From a virus, in IMG/VR virus record IMGVR_UViG_3300023063_000001, positions 1 through 64,000 of that record: a stretch of 64,000 nt of DNA, one strand, 5' to 3'. Shown here one piece after another: positions 27,828 through 36,250 of this stretch. How positions within the stretch are numbered: position 1 is the first letter of the stretch; every line of letters starts with the position of its first letter. The translations under genes were made by a program, and so were the position numbers. The notes beneath the pieces are model-generated. The model worked only from the letters and a program-made list of their open reading frames with translations, was not told the origin of the DNA and made no database searches.

Positions 27828-28313
27828 GTGAAAAACTTGCAAGACTACTACAACCAAATTATTGATTGGAACAAGAAAGCCGGGGTTAAGGATTTCACCT
27901 ACGGCACCTTGGATTGGGAACGTGCTGTAGAACTCCAATCAAAGTTGTTGGTAGAGGAGAGCAGCGAAACGATTGAGTCTATTACTCACGGTAATATGGT
28001 AGAGTTGCTAGGCGGGGCTGTTGACACGTTTGTAATTCTAGCAAAGCTTATGGATATGCTAGAGAAAGCTGGTTTTGATGTTGAAGGCGGTATTCAACAA
28101 ATTATTGATAATAATCAAAACAAGATTTTCAATTCTTTTTACGAAGCTTGTGAAGCTAAAGAAAAGCTTGAAGTTCGTGACAAGAAAGAATACTATATTG
28201 AAACATCAGTATTGAATGGCTTATCTTTTTACACTTGTCGACGTGAAGATGGGAAGATTGCTAAACCTGTAGGGTTTGTTGCTGTAGAACTAAAGGAGTT
28301 CGTACCTAAATGA
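27828..28313 (+). CDS. MazG-like/all-alpha NTP pyrophosphohydrolase
   Basis: LVEESSE...ELL.G.VD and C-terminal DGKIAKP..F pattern. Confidence 0.7.
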   Translation: MKNLQDYYNQIIDWNKKAGVKDFTYGTLDWERAVELQSKLLVEESSETIESITHGNMVELLGGAVDTFVILAKLMDMLEKAGFDVEGGIQQIIDNNQNKIFNSFYEACEAKEKLEVRDKKEYYIETSVLNGLSFYTCRREDGKIAKPVGFVAVELKEFVPK

Positions 28314-29080
28314 CGCAGATTACTGTAGAGTATATTGATCATTGTGGCTCTGATTTAAGTGTAGCCAATGCCGCAAGAGTTTCTTTTGATAAGAAAAGTG
28401 AGTGGGAGCTTCCGATTGACGTCAAAGAGTTTATGGATCTTCCGCAAGCATTGGTGAGTGGGTGGCCGGAAAAGAATGGGTTTAAATTGGTAAATGGTTT
28501 ATTCCAACGACTTAAAGCATCCGACACAAAACTCATTAACTACCTAGCTAAACACAAGCATTTTTCACCATTCAATCACAGCTTCATTAGTGTTCGTGTA
28601 AAGGCTCCTATATTTGTGTGCAGGCAACTTGTGAAGCATAAATTCATGCCTTACAATGAAGTGAGTAGGCGTTATGTGACAGACAAACCTGAATTCTACA
28701 CACCTGATTCATGGCGACAAGCTGCTGAGAATGTAAAGCAAGGCAGTAGTGATGTAGAAGTAGACATCAGTCCTTTGCTTGAGATGGAGACATTAGATGG
28801 TAATGCTGTGATGCTACCTGATGAGGTTAACACTATTGCTCTACAAACCTATGAAGCTCTATTAAAGCAAGGGGTGTGTGCTGAAGAGGCCAGGATGGTG
28901 CTGCCACAGTCAATGATGTCTACATTCATTTGGTCTGGTACGCTGGGGGCTTTCTGTGATATGCTTGTCTTACGGCTTGATCCTCATACACAATATGAGA
29001 GTCGTTTGGTAGCGCAGCAAGTAGCAGAAATTGTTAAAGGGTTGTTTCCAGTTTCTTATAAAGCTTTGGTGGAGAAGTAA
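28310..29080 (+). CDS. thyX: flavin-dependent thymidylate synthase
   Basis: NAARVSF, H.SPF.H, RQLVKH...NEVSRRY, EEARMVLPQS, HTQYE.R. Confidence 0.95.
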   Translation: MTQITVEYIDHCGSDLSVANAARVSFDKKSEWELPIDVKEFMDLPQALVSGWPEKNGFKLVNGLFQRLKASDTKLINYLAKHKHFSPFNHSFISVRVKAPIFVCRQLVKHKFMPYNEVSRRYVTDKPEFYTPDSWRQAAENVKQGSSDVEVDISPLLEMETLDGNAVMLPDEVNTIALQTYEALLKQGVCAEEARMVLPQSMMSTFIWSGTLGAFCDMLVLRLDPHTQYESRLVAQQVAEIVKGLFPVSYKALVEK

Positions 29081-29081
29081 A

Positions 29082-29273
29082 ATGATTATTGAACGGCAAG
29101 ATTATAGCGCTTCAGCTTGGCTTGCAGATCTTACGAATATTATCAAAAAACGTGGATTTCTTGATAAGAAAGAAAATGCTTGGCTTGTAATTGAGGAGAA
29201 TATTGTAGAGTTGATTGAATTGTACGAGGGTGGTAGTTCACCAAATGAAGCATTTTTGGAGTTTTCAGAATGA
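29082..29273 (+). CDS. hypothetical protein
   Basis: start MIIERQ after GGAG. Confidence 0.55.
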   Translation: MIIERQDYSASAWLADLTNIIKKRGFLDKKENAWLVIEENIVELIELYEGGSSPNEAFLEFSE

Positions 29274-29635
29274 CAATCGGCCACACACTTTCAGTTTCAG
29301 ACCTACTCCTAATCGATGATTTCAAAACTGCTTTTGGTAGTGATGATAAGAAAGCAATTGAAAAGATCCTGTTTGAAAATGGTATGGATATTAACGAACC
29401 AGTAAGCCTAGAGTTCTCCAAACATCGTAATCTACGAGGTAATATCGTAAGTTGTGAGCGTTATGTAGGGGAGGAGAGGCAGGACCTTAGTTGGAGGCAA
29501 TCAGGTGCTGCATCATGGGATTGTATCGTTGCATCCTGTGATCTTGATTTGCGTATCCAATTAAAGGTTATGGGGAAGAATTACAGTAATGCTGAACATA
29601 TTTGTTCTGAACTAGAACGACACGCTACTAAATAA
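29270..29635 (+). CDS. hypothetical protein
   Basis: 121-aa ORF coupled to the upstream ORF. Confidence 0.65.
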   Translation: MTIGHTLSVSDLLLIDDFKTAFGSDDKKAIEKILFENGMDINEPVSLEFSKHRNLRGNIVSCERYVGEERQDLSWRQSGAASWDCIVASCDLDLRIQLKVMGKNYSNAEHICSELERHATK

Positions 29636-29655
29636 ATTATAACTAAGGAGCAACA

Positions 29656-30637
29656 ATGAGTAACGCTGGTAAAGAAATGATGAGTCAATCAAAGTTTTAT
29701 ATGGGTTATTCCCGCTGGGATGAAATCAAGGGCGGTTATGAAACATGGGAACAATCAGTTTCCCGTGTAATGGATATGCACCGACAAAAGTATTCTTCTG
29801 TAATGACACCACAGCTTGAAGAGTATATTGCTTTTGCAGAACAAGCTTACAAAGATAAAGTTGTACTCGGCGCCCAACGAGCATTGCAATTTGGTGGTGA
29901 ACAATTATTCAAACACGAAACTCGTATGTACAACTGCTCAGTATCCCATTGTGATCGAGCCACTTTCTTTCAAGAGTGTATGTATCTTCTGCTGTGTGGT
30001 TGTGGTGTAGGCTTCTCAGTACAGTCACACCACATTGCAAAGCTACCCAAAGTTCATAAGCGATATGAAAAGAAAGTAAAAGTATTTCAGGTGCCTGATA
30101 CAATTGAAGGATGGGCTGATGCTTTTGGTGTTCTGTTCAGTAGCTACTTTGTAGATGGTGGTAGCTTTCCTGAATATAAGGGTTGCCAAGTTCACTTTGA
30201 TTTCAATAAGATTCGCCCTAAAGGTGCTTTGATTTCAGGGGGTTTTAAGGCACCCGGACCAGATGGCTTGCGTAGTGCATTAGTTAAGTGTGAAGCTTTG
30301 CTAGAAGCACTAGTTGAGGGTAAGACAGAGGCTGTAAGTGTACCTACCATCACAGCTTACGACTTTGTAATGCATATGTCTGATGCTGTATTAAGCGGCG
30401 GTGTTCGTCGCTCAGCTACAATTTGTATGTTTGATAAAGATGATGATTTGATGTTGAAGGCCAAGACTGGGGATTGGTTTGTTGATAACCCTCAACGCGG
30501 TCGTAGTAACAACAGCGTTATGCTAGTTCGTGATGAACTAAGCCGTGAAGAGTGGGCTAACATCATGAAGTCTGTTAAGGACTTTGGTGAACCCGGTTTC
30601 ATCTTCACAGAGAATAAAGAGTTCTGCTTCAATCCGT
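29656..30637 (+). CDS. nrdJ: class II (B12-dependent, monomeric-type) ribonucleotide reductase, exon 1
   Basis: YNCS, GCGVGFS, PDTIEGW, IRPKG, GGVRRSA, SNNS, GEPG; ends FNP plus the first base of the Cys codon. Confidence 0.88.
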
Positions 30638-30807
30638 AAAATTACATGCGGATTTAAAACCTTCTCTGATTGACTTGGAAGCCAAATATAAGGCGACAGG
30701 GCGCAAGGGTAATGCCAGCGTGAGAGACTAAGTGAGAGGGGCACTAAATAGTGTATGCGATAGTCCAGCGCACAGTCAGAACTATATTTGATTACTGACA
30801 GTGTGAG
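30638..30807 (+). mobile_element. ORF-less group I intron (170 nt)
   Basis: P1 with U.G at 5' splice site, P10, P3, P4-P6, P7 GAGACUA/UAGUCC, P8, P9, terminal G; removal restores NPCVEI. Confidence 0.92.
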
Positions 30808-32045
30808 GTGTAGAAATTGGTATGCTTCCAATTGCAGAAAATGGAGACTCTGGTTTTCAATTCTGTAATTTGACAGAACTTAATGGTAGCAAATGTGTGG
30901 ATAAAGAATCTTTCTTTAGGGCTTGTAAAGCCGGAGCTATTCTTGGGACCCTTCAGGCAGGTTACTCAAACTTTAAATACTTGTCAGATGCAACACGTCG
31001 CATTACAGAGAAAGAGGCATTGCTTGGGGTTAGTATTACCGGTTGGATGAACAACCCCGATGTGCTATTTGACCCACAGAATATGATTGATGGGGCCACA
31101 GTTGTAAAAGATATTAACTCTGTTGTTGCTATTTTATTGGGTATCAATCAAGCTGCACGGACAACAGCAGTAAAACCCTCTGGTAATGCTTCTGTAGTAC
31201 TAGGCACAGCTTCAGGTATCCATGGAGAACATAGCCCTAAGTATCTTCGTAATGTACAGATGAACGTAGGAGATGAGGTTACACGCATTATTACAAAGAC
31301 CAACCCTAAAATGGTTGAATCAAGTGTTTGGAGTAGTAATGGAACAGATGTTGTAGTTAGCTTCCCTGTTGAAAGTAAAGAGGGATCTATCTATAAATCT
31401 GATTTGATGGGCGTGAAGCAGCTTGAGTATGTAAAGACAGCACAGCAATATTGGATTGAACACGGTACAAACTATGAGCTTTGTGTTGACCCTGATCTTC
31501 GTCATAACGTAAGTAATACCATCACAGTTGATGATTGGGATGAGGTTGAGGAGTATATCTACAACAACCGTAAATGGTTTGCTGGTATATCCCTTCTCAG
31601 CTCTATGGGGGATCGCGCATATGCTCAAGCTCCATTCACAGAAGTATTCACTGCACAACAGATTGTTGATATGTATGGTGATAGTTCAATGTTTGCATCT
31701 GGTTTGATTGTAGGTGCATTACAAGCTTTTGGTAACAATTTGTGGATGGCTTGCGATACTGCATTGGGATATGGACTTAAACTTGACCCTGAAGATTCAT
31801 CAGACCTTTTAAAGCGTGATTGGGTACGACGTATCAAGAAGTTTGCTGAACGAAACTTTGAAGGTGATACTATGAAGCTTACGTTTATGCTTAAAGATTG
31901 TCATAATCTTCATAAGTGGGTGGGAATCAATAATAACTTTATTAATGTGGATTTCTCACAAGATTTGTCTCAGCAAAGCTATACAGAAGTTGATACAATG
32001 GGTAGCCAAGCCTGCGCAGGGGGTGTCTGCGAGATAAGCTTTTAA
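30808..32045 (+). CDS. nrdJ: class II ribonucleotide reductase, exon 2
   Basis: (C)VEIG, QFCNLTE, VKPSGN, HNVSNT, C-terminal CAGGVC; spliced product 739 aa; no nrdB nearby. Confidence 0.88.
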
Positions 32046-32054
32046 GAGAAAATA

Positions 32055-32246
32055 ATGGACTACAAAGAGCTAATGAAATCTGTGGGTGTACAATCATGTG
32101 TCACCCACTCGTGTCCTCAGTGTCAACAGCCGGTTAAATGCGAGGTTTCTCAAGGTAAAACCTTTTGTTGGTGCTTCAACGTACAGAGTAAAGGGTTGGA
32201 TATGAATGACGTTTGCATGTGTAAAAAGTGCCTTAAAGAGGCTTGA
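32055..32246 (+). CDS. cysteine-rich CWC family protein
   Basis: CPQC...C......CWC...CMCKKC. Confidence 0.8.
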   Translation: MDYKELMKSVGVQSCVTHSCPQCQQPVKCEVSQGKTFCWCFNVQSKGLDMNDVCMCKKCLKEA

Positions 32247-32271
32247 CACCACCCACAATTTCCACCATACT
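32243..32271 (+). promoter_or_regulatory. sigma70-type promoter
   Basis: TTGACA-17bp-CATACT. Confidence 0.6.
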
Positions 32272-32327
32272 AGCCTCAAGAGCAGAAATGCTTTTAGAGG
32301 CTTTTCTTTTATCTAGGATAAACAAAC

Positions 32328-32549
32328 ATGACTACACTAGAAATCCTGTCCCTCATCCGCCTGGGACTTTGTCACATTTCCTCAAGCGTGACAAAAGAGA
32401 CAATGGCTAGGAATGCTGGACATTCTCAAGGGCAAGCATCCATGGCCATCAAGATGGGGGTTATCACTATGGATGATTTCAATTCTATTTTTAAAGATGT
32501 GGAAAAAGAAATACTTACTTGGTATGCTAAAAACACCAATATCTTTTAA
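32328..32549 (+). CDS. hypothetical protein
   Basis: 73 aa, AGGA RBS. Confidence 0.55.
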   Translation: MTTLEILSLIRLGLCHISSSVTKETMARNAGHSQGQASMAIKMGVITMDDFNSIFKDVEKEILTWYAKNTNIF

Positions 32550-32703
32550 ATAGGAGAAATTAATTATGAAAGTAATTGAAATTTATTCTTTTCAAACATT
32601 GATGAACATGCTAACATCTGATGCTTGGGAAGTGGAGAGTGAAGATGATGGGAATTTTATCTTCACACAAAATATTTATCTTAATGGGAGAAAGAAATAA
32701 TGA

Positions 32704-32952
32704 GTGAATTTAAAGCCTTCCTTTCAGGTGAAGACGATGCACCTAAAAAGTCTTGAGCCCGAAGCAATGCCGGTTGATGAACGCCCAACGCACGAGCCGT
32801 ATCAACGTGAATACCGGTGTCCTACTTGCCAGCAATGGCGGCCGATGATTCGACGTGGCGAGAAGCCGCCTTGTGGGCAGACAGCACAATGCAATGAACA
32901 AGAAAAATCCCAGCCCGCTGAGCCACTAAAAGAATGGTCCGGCAAATACTGA
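32704..32952 (+). CDS. hypothetical Zn-ribbon-like protein
   Basis: CPTC...C....C; start uncertain. Confidence 0.45.
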   Translation: MNLKPSFQVKTMHLKSLEPEAMPVDERPTHEPYQREYRCPTCQQWRPMIRRGEKPPCGQTAQCNEQEKSQPAEPLKEWSGKY

Positions 32953-33149
32953 GGTACTGCGATGAAATGGGTTGATGGATTGGTTATTCTTATCACTCTC
33001 CTAATTTTCTTAATTGGGGGTGGAATATGGATAAATATGAAAGCTGAAGAAGTATCTGTAAACGGAGTTTATGATTTAAGGAATCATAACACAAGTACTC
33101 CAAGGACATTTGAATATATGGTAAAACACACAGACTAAATTATGGACAT

Positions 33150-33191
33150 AAAAATGCCCCGGCATCCTTCACAGGACCGGGGCTTAGTTTT
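33150..33191. terminator. bidirectional intrinsic terminator at convergence of replication and late units
   Basis: GCCCCGG...CCGGGGC stem flanked by A-tract and T-tract. Confidence 0.75.
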
Positions 33192-33246
33192 GAGATAGGC
33201 TATGGCGGGCCTATGTCCGTAGAACGGTTCTTATTGTTATCTTTTA

Positions 33247-33795
33247 TTATTTACGGGTTGTCACTGTTTGCGTGTTTAGATTGTTTTGTATTACCCGAAC
33301 ACCACTCTTGTTAGAGGATTGAATGTTATAAAGCTTTTGTTCAATAACCTCTAGACGAGATGTTGTTTTACTGTTTGTGGTGTCCACTTTCTCATCAATA
33401 CGATTGATTTTATTTTCTATATATTCCATGTTACTTTCAACAGGAGGGGTTACTTCAGGGATCGTCTTATTGTCAGTGGGAGTATTTTCAATAATAGGAG
33501 AAGGGTCTTTTTGGTAAAGTTCATACAAATCATCAATTCGTTTAGAATAGAGCTTGGATCTATCTTCACGAAGTTGAATGTATCTGTTAACGTTGTCTTG
33601 CTGTGTCAAGATCTTTTGGTTAAGATCTGATACATCATTATTAATTCTAGTAGTAAGTTCTTTCTCTACACTGTCAATACGGCTTTCGTAGGCATGGCGA
33701 GAGCTAAATTGATAAACGAGGAAGAGGGCTAATATGATTATAAGAAGGTTGGCTGAAGGGCCTATTATTTTTGTTATCCACATATCTAGCCTCAA
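33247..33795 (-). CDS. membrane-anchored coiled-coil protein (lysis cassette distal)
   Basis: N-terminal TM, long heptad regions. Confidence 0.65.
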   Translation of the reverse strand: MRLDMWITKIIGPSANLLIIILALFLVYQFSSRHAYESRIDSVEKELTTRINNDVSDLNQKILTQQDNVNRYIQLREDRSKLYSKRIDDLYELYQKDPSPIIENTPTDNKTIPEVTPPVESNMEYIENKINRIDEKVDTTNSKTTSRLEVIEQKLYNIQSSNKSGVRVIQNNLNTQTVTTRK

Positions 33796-33807
33796 CTGCT
33801 GAAACGG

Positions 33808-34089
33808 CTATCTTGAGCTTTTATCTGATTGTTGCAAAAGGCGAACAACCATATCAAGCCTTGAATTCATTTCTGAAAACTTAGTCTCCATACTACGATT
33901 CAATCTATCCTCCATCAACTGACCTGCACTCTGTGTCATGGTGGTTGTAGAGATATTGAACACCCGGTCTTCCAAGTGTTGAAAGGAATTGAATTGCCAT
34001 CCAATCAATACAAACAGCAACCCAATCAATGCGCTTTTTACAGTTTCAAAGTTTCTATCTTTTTGCGCATTTAATTCTGAGTTAGGCAT
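33808..34089 (-). CDS. single-TM protein (holin/antiholin-like?)
   Basis: TM ALIGLLFVLIGW plus coiled coil. Confidence 0.5.
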   Translation of the reverse strand: MPNSELNAQKDRNFETVKSALIGLLFVLIGWQFNSFQHLEDRVFNISTTTMTQSAGQLMEDRLNRSMETKFSEMNSRLDMVVRLLQQSDKSSR

Positions 34090-34350
34090 TTAATTCTCCA
34101 TCCTCTTTAAAGTGTTGATTTTCCATACTTGAAGCGTTTTAACCTTCTGGCTACACTTTCCAAGATTATTTGTTTGTAAGCTCCAAGCACTAGCAAGAAG
34201 AAGCTTATCTTTCTCAGTGTTACCTGACAATGTAGGGGGAGGGGAGATGATGCAATCTGATAAGAGCGCATCCGATGGAAGTGGTGGGGTGGGGTTATTA
34301 GAAGAGCAGGCAGCAATGCTAAAACATATGCAAAGAATAATAATCCTCAC
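34090..34350 (-). CDS. o-spanin (Rz1-like lipoprotein), second copy
   Basis: lipobox IAAC, Pro-rich linker, LLSDC...PPP, C-terminal C.....L..W helix. Confidence 0.75.
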   Translation of the reverse strand: MRIIILCICFSIAACSSNNPTPPLPSDALLSDCIISPPPTLSGNTEKDKLLLASAWSLQTNNLGKCSQKVKTLQVWKINTLKRMEN

Positions 34351-34835
34351 TCTTTACACTCCTTAGCTGAAGGAACCGTGGCACAATAAGAATCTTTCAT
34401 CATTGTGTTAAGCTCTTTATTAACAACAGTTTTTACCTCTACGGTTGTAGTGACTGTTTCAGTTTTAACTTTAGTAGGTTGATTAAGGGCTTTATCAATA
34501 ATAATGTCTTGTACTTTAGAAATCTTATCATTAACTTTAGTGGCTGTCTTATCTACACCTTCATGCGCTGGTGTTATTACAGGAAGCATAAATTGATTTC
34601 TTTGTTTTTCGTTTTCAGCCCTAAGATCCATAATCTGTGTATGACTATTGACCAAGTCTATTTGTAGAAGTGCTATTTGGTCTTTCATTCTTAGGGACAT
34701 ATTAGCTTCCCGTTCGATTATAAATACCATCACAAATAAGGCTATGAAAGAAACAACACCATACCATATATGTAGGTCATTCTCTACATACCACCCTTCT
34801 AAACGTCTAAACAAAGACTCTTCATCATCTTCCAT
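34347..34835 (-). CDS. putative i-spanin (Rz-like), second copy
   Basis: N-terminal TM, periplasmic coiled coil, C-terminal Cys pair; immediately upstream of a lipoprotein. Confidence 0.6.
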   Translation of the reverse strand: MEDDEESLFRRLEGWYVENDLHIWYGVVSFIALFVMVFIIEREANMSLRMKDQIALLQIDLVNSHTQIMDLRAENEKQRNQFMLPVITPAHEGVDKTATKVNDKISKVQDIIIDKALNQPTKVKTETVTTTVEVKTVVNKELNTMMKDSYCATVPSAKECKE

Positions 34836-34846
34836 ACTAAATAACC

Positions 34847-35128
34847 TTACTTAGTTTTATAAATGAGTAACTGAGAGGCTGTCCACTTACGTTGACTGTC
34901 AATCAACAACTGATATTGTTGTATACAACTATTGTTCTGTACATATGCCTTGGCAAGCAATCGAACAGTGTCTCCAGCATCAACAGACGTACAAGGAGTG
35001 ACCATCAAACTACTTGGCATCACCACCAACACTTCCTTGGACTGCACTACTTGATTGCTGCAAGATTGTAAGCAAAGAAGAGGGAAGCTTGCCATCAATA
35101 TCAACAACATCTGTTTCATCTTGTACAT
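34847..35128 (-). CDS. o-spanin (Rz1-like lipoprotein)
   Basis: lipobox LQSC; overlaps the 3' end of the i-spanin in another frame. Confidence 0.75.
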   Translation of the reverse strand: MYKMKQMLLILMASFPLLCLQSCSNQVVQSKEVLVVMPSSLMVTPCTSVDAGDTVRLLAKAYVQNNSCIQQYQLLIDSQRKWTASQLLIYKTK

Positions 35129-35462
35129 TCGTATTAGCCTGTTGTGTTGTAGCCTTTACAGGCTTCTTGGGAAGGGCATCAATAGCATTAAGCTTCTTGT
35201 CTTTCACATCAACAATCGTGGCTGTAGCTGTTTGGTATGCAGCTAATGCTTTATCTGTTACATCACAAGAAGCTGTCTTATCTATCAAGGATTTATCAAG
35301 AGTTTTGTTAGCATCTTGTGCCACCTGTACCTGAGCTTCAAACTTGTCAGCTTGAGTCTTGGAGTACCAGAAAAGCCCGCCGAATAGGAGAGTTGATGCC
35401 ACTAATGCAGCTATGATGTAGAGCAGAATAGAACTTGAGATTGATGTAAACCAACTAAGCAT
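35010..35462 (-). CDS. i-spanin (Rz-like)
   Basis: N-terminal TM, coiled coil, follows holin and endolysin. Confidence 0.75.
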   Translation of the reverse strand: MLSWFTSISSSILLYIIAALVASTLLFGGLFWYSKTQADKFEAQVQVAQDANKTLDKSLIDKTASCDVTDKALAAYQTATATIVDVKDKKLNAIDALPKKPVKATTQQANTNVQDETDVVDIDGKLPSSLLTILQQSSSAVQGSVGGDAK

Positions 35463-35764
35463 TATTTAGTCTCCGTTGAAGCAACAGGATCAGTGACAGT
35501 CTCAACATGGGCATTAACAGCAATGTTCACTTGAGTGTCGGGAGGAGACTCATCTGTCTTCAAAGATTCTTGTGGGATGTACCGAAGAATACCAATAAGA
35601 GTGCCTAGTGTGAATGTAACCCACGCAAACACTTGAGGAGTGACTACAGCAGCTAACATAGGGACATTGAGTTGAACAATAGACAAGACAGCAAGAAGAA
35701 AAGACAACTTAACAGTATGTGATTTCCACAGTTTGCGATAGTTTGGCACGAGGTTAATCTTCAT
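35462..35764 (-). CDS. holin
   Basis: 100 aa, 2 TMs, adjacent to endolysin. Confidence 0.7.
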   Translation of the reverse strand: MKINLVPNYRKLWKSHTVKLSFLLAVLSIVQLNVPMLAAVVTPQVFAWVTFTLGTLIGILRYIPQESLKTDESPPDTQVNIAVNAHVETVTDPVASTETK

Positions 35765-35779
35765 CTTGCATCATCTTCT

Positions 35780-36208
35780 TTATGAAAGGAATAAAGCTTT
35801 TTCTGCTGCCCTACGTTTTACTAACCCCGGTAAGATAACTCCTCCGGCATGTGTCCACTTAGGAAACTCAAGACTCGCCCCAGCATAATCACCAAGATTA
35901 AGTTTTTTGAGTAGTGTTGATCCACCAAGACTTCCTAGCCCTAAGTTGAAGCTAAAGCAAACAAGAGCATCAAATTGATTTTGGTTAAGAAATACTTTTA
36001 CAAGCTTACTAACACCAATCTCAAACCTAGACAAATCTACAGTAAGTAGAAGTTCAGCTTCAGCAGCAGTTATTTTCTGCCCCATTTGTACGTGTGACCC
36101 AGTCGAACCATATCCTATAGTTGTAACACCAACAGAATCTTTGTATGCTTCAAGTCTAAGCCCTTCTGAGGCTTTAATCAGGTCAATACCTTTCTGACTT
36201 GTTTTCAT
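35780..36208 (-). CDS. endolysin, GH24 phage lysozyme
   Basis: E-x8-D-x5-T triad (EGLRLEAYKDSVGVTTIGYG), NQFDAL..F.FN.G, GL..RR..E. Confidence 0.95.
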   Translation of the reverse strand: MKTSQKGIDLIKASEGLRLEAYKDSVGVTTIGYGSTGSHVQMGQKITAAEAELLLTVDLSRFEIGVSKLVKVFLNQNQFDALVCFSFNLGLGSLGGSTLLKKLNLGDYAGASLEFPKWTHAGGVILPGLVKRRAAEKALFLS

Positions 36209-36250
36209 ATCTACCTCTTACAAAATAGACACATCCTTGTGTCACTAAAT

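Noticed and set aside
30637-30822. Split nrdJ as a pseudogene, sequencing error or NrdJa/NrdJb pair
   Set aside because: The gap folds as a complete group I intron and precise excision restores NPCVE.
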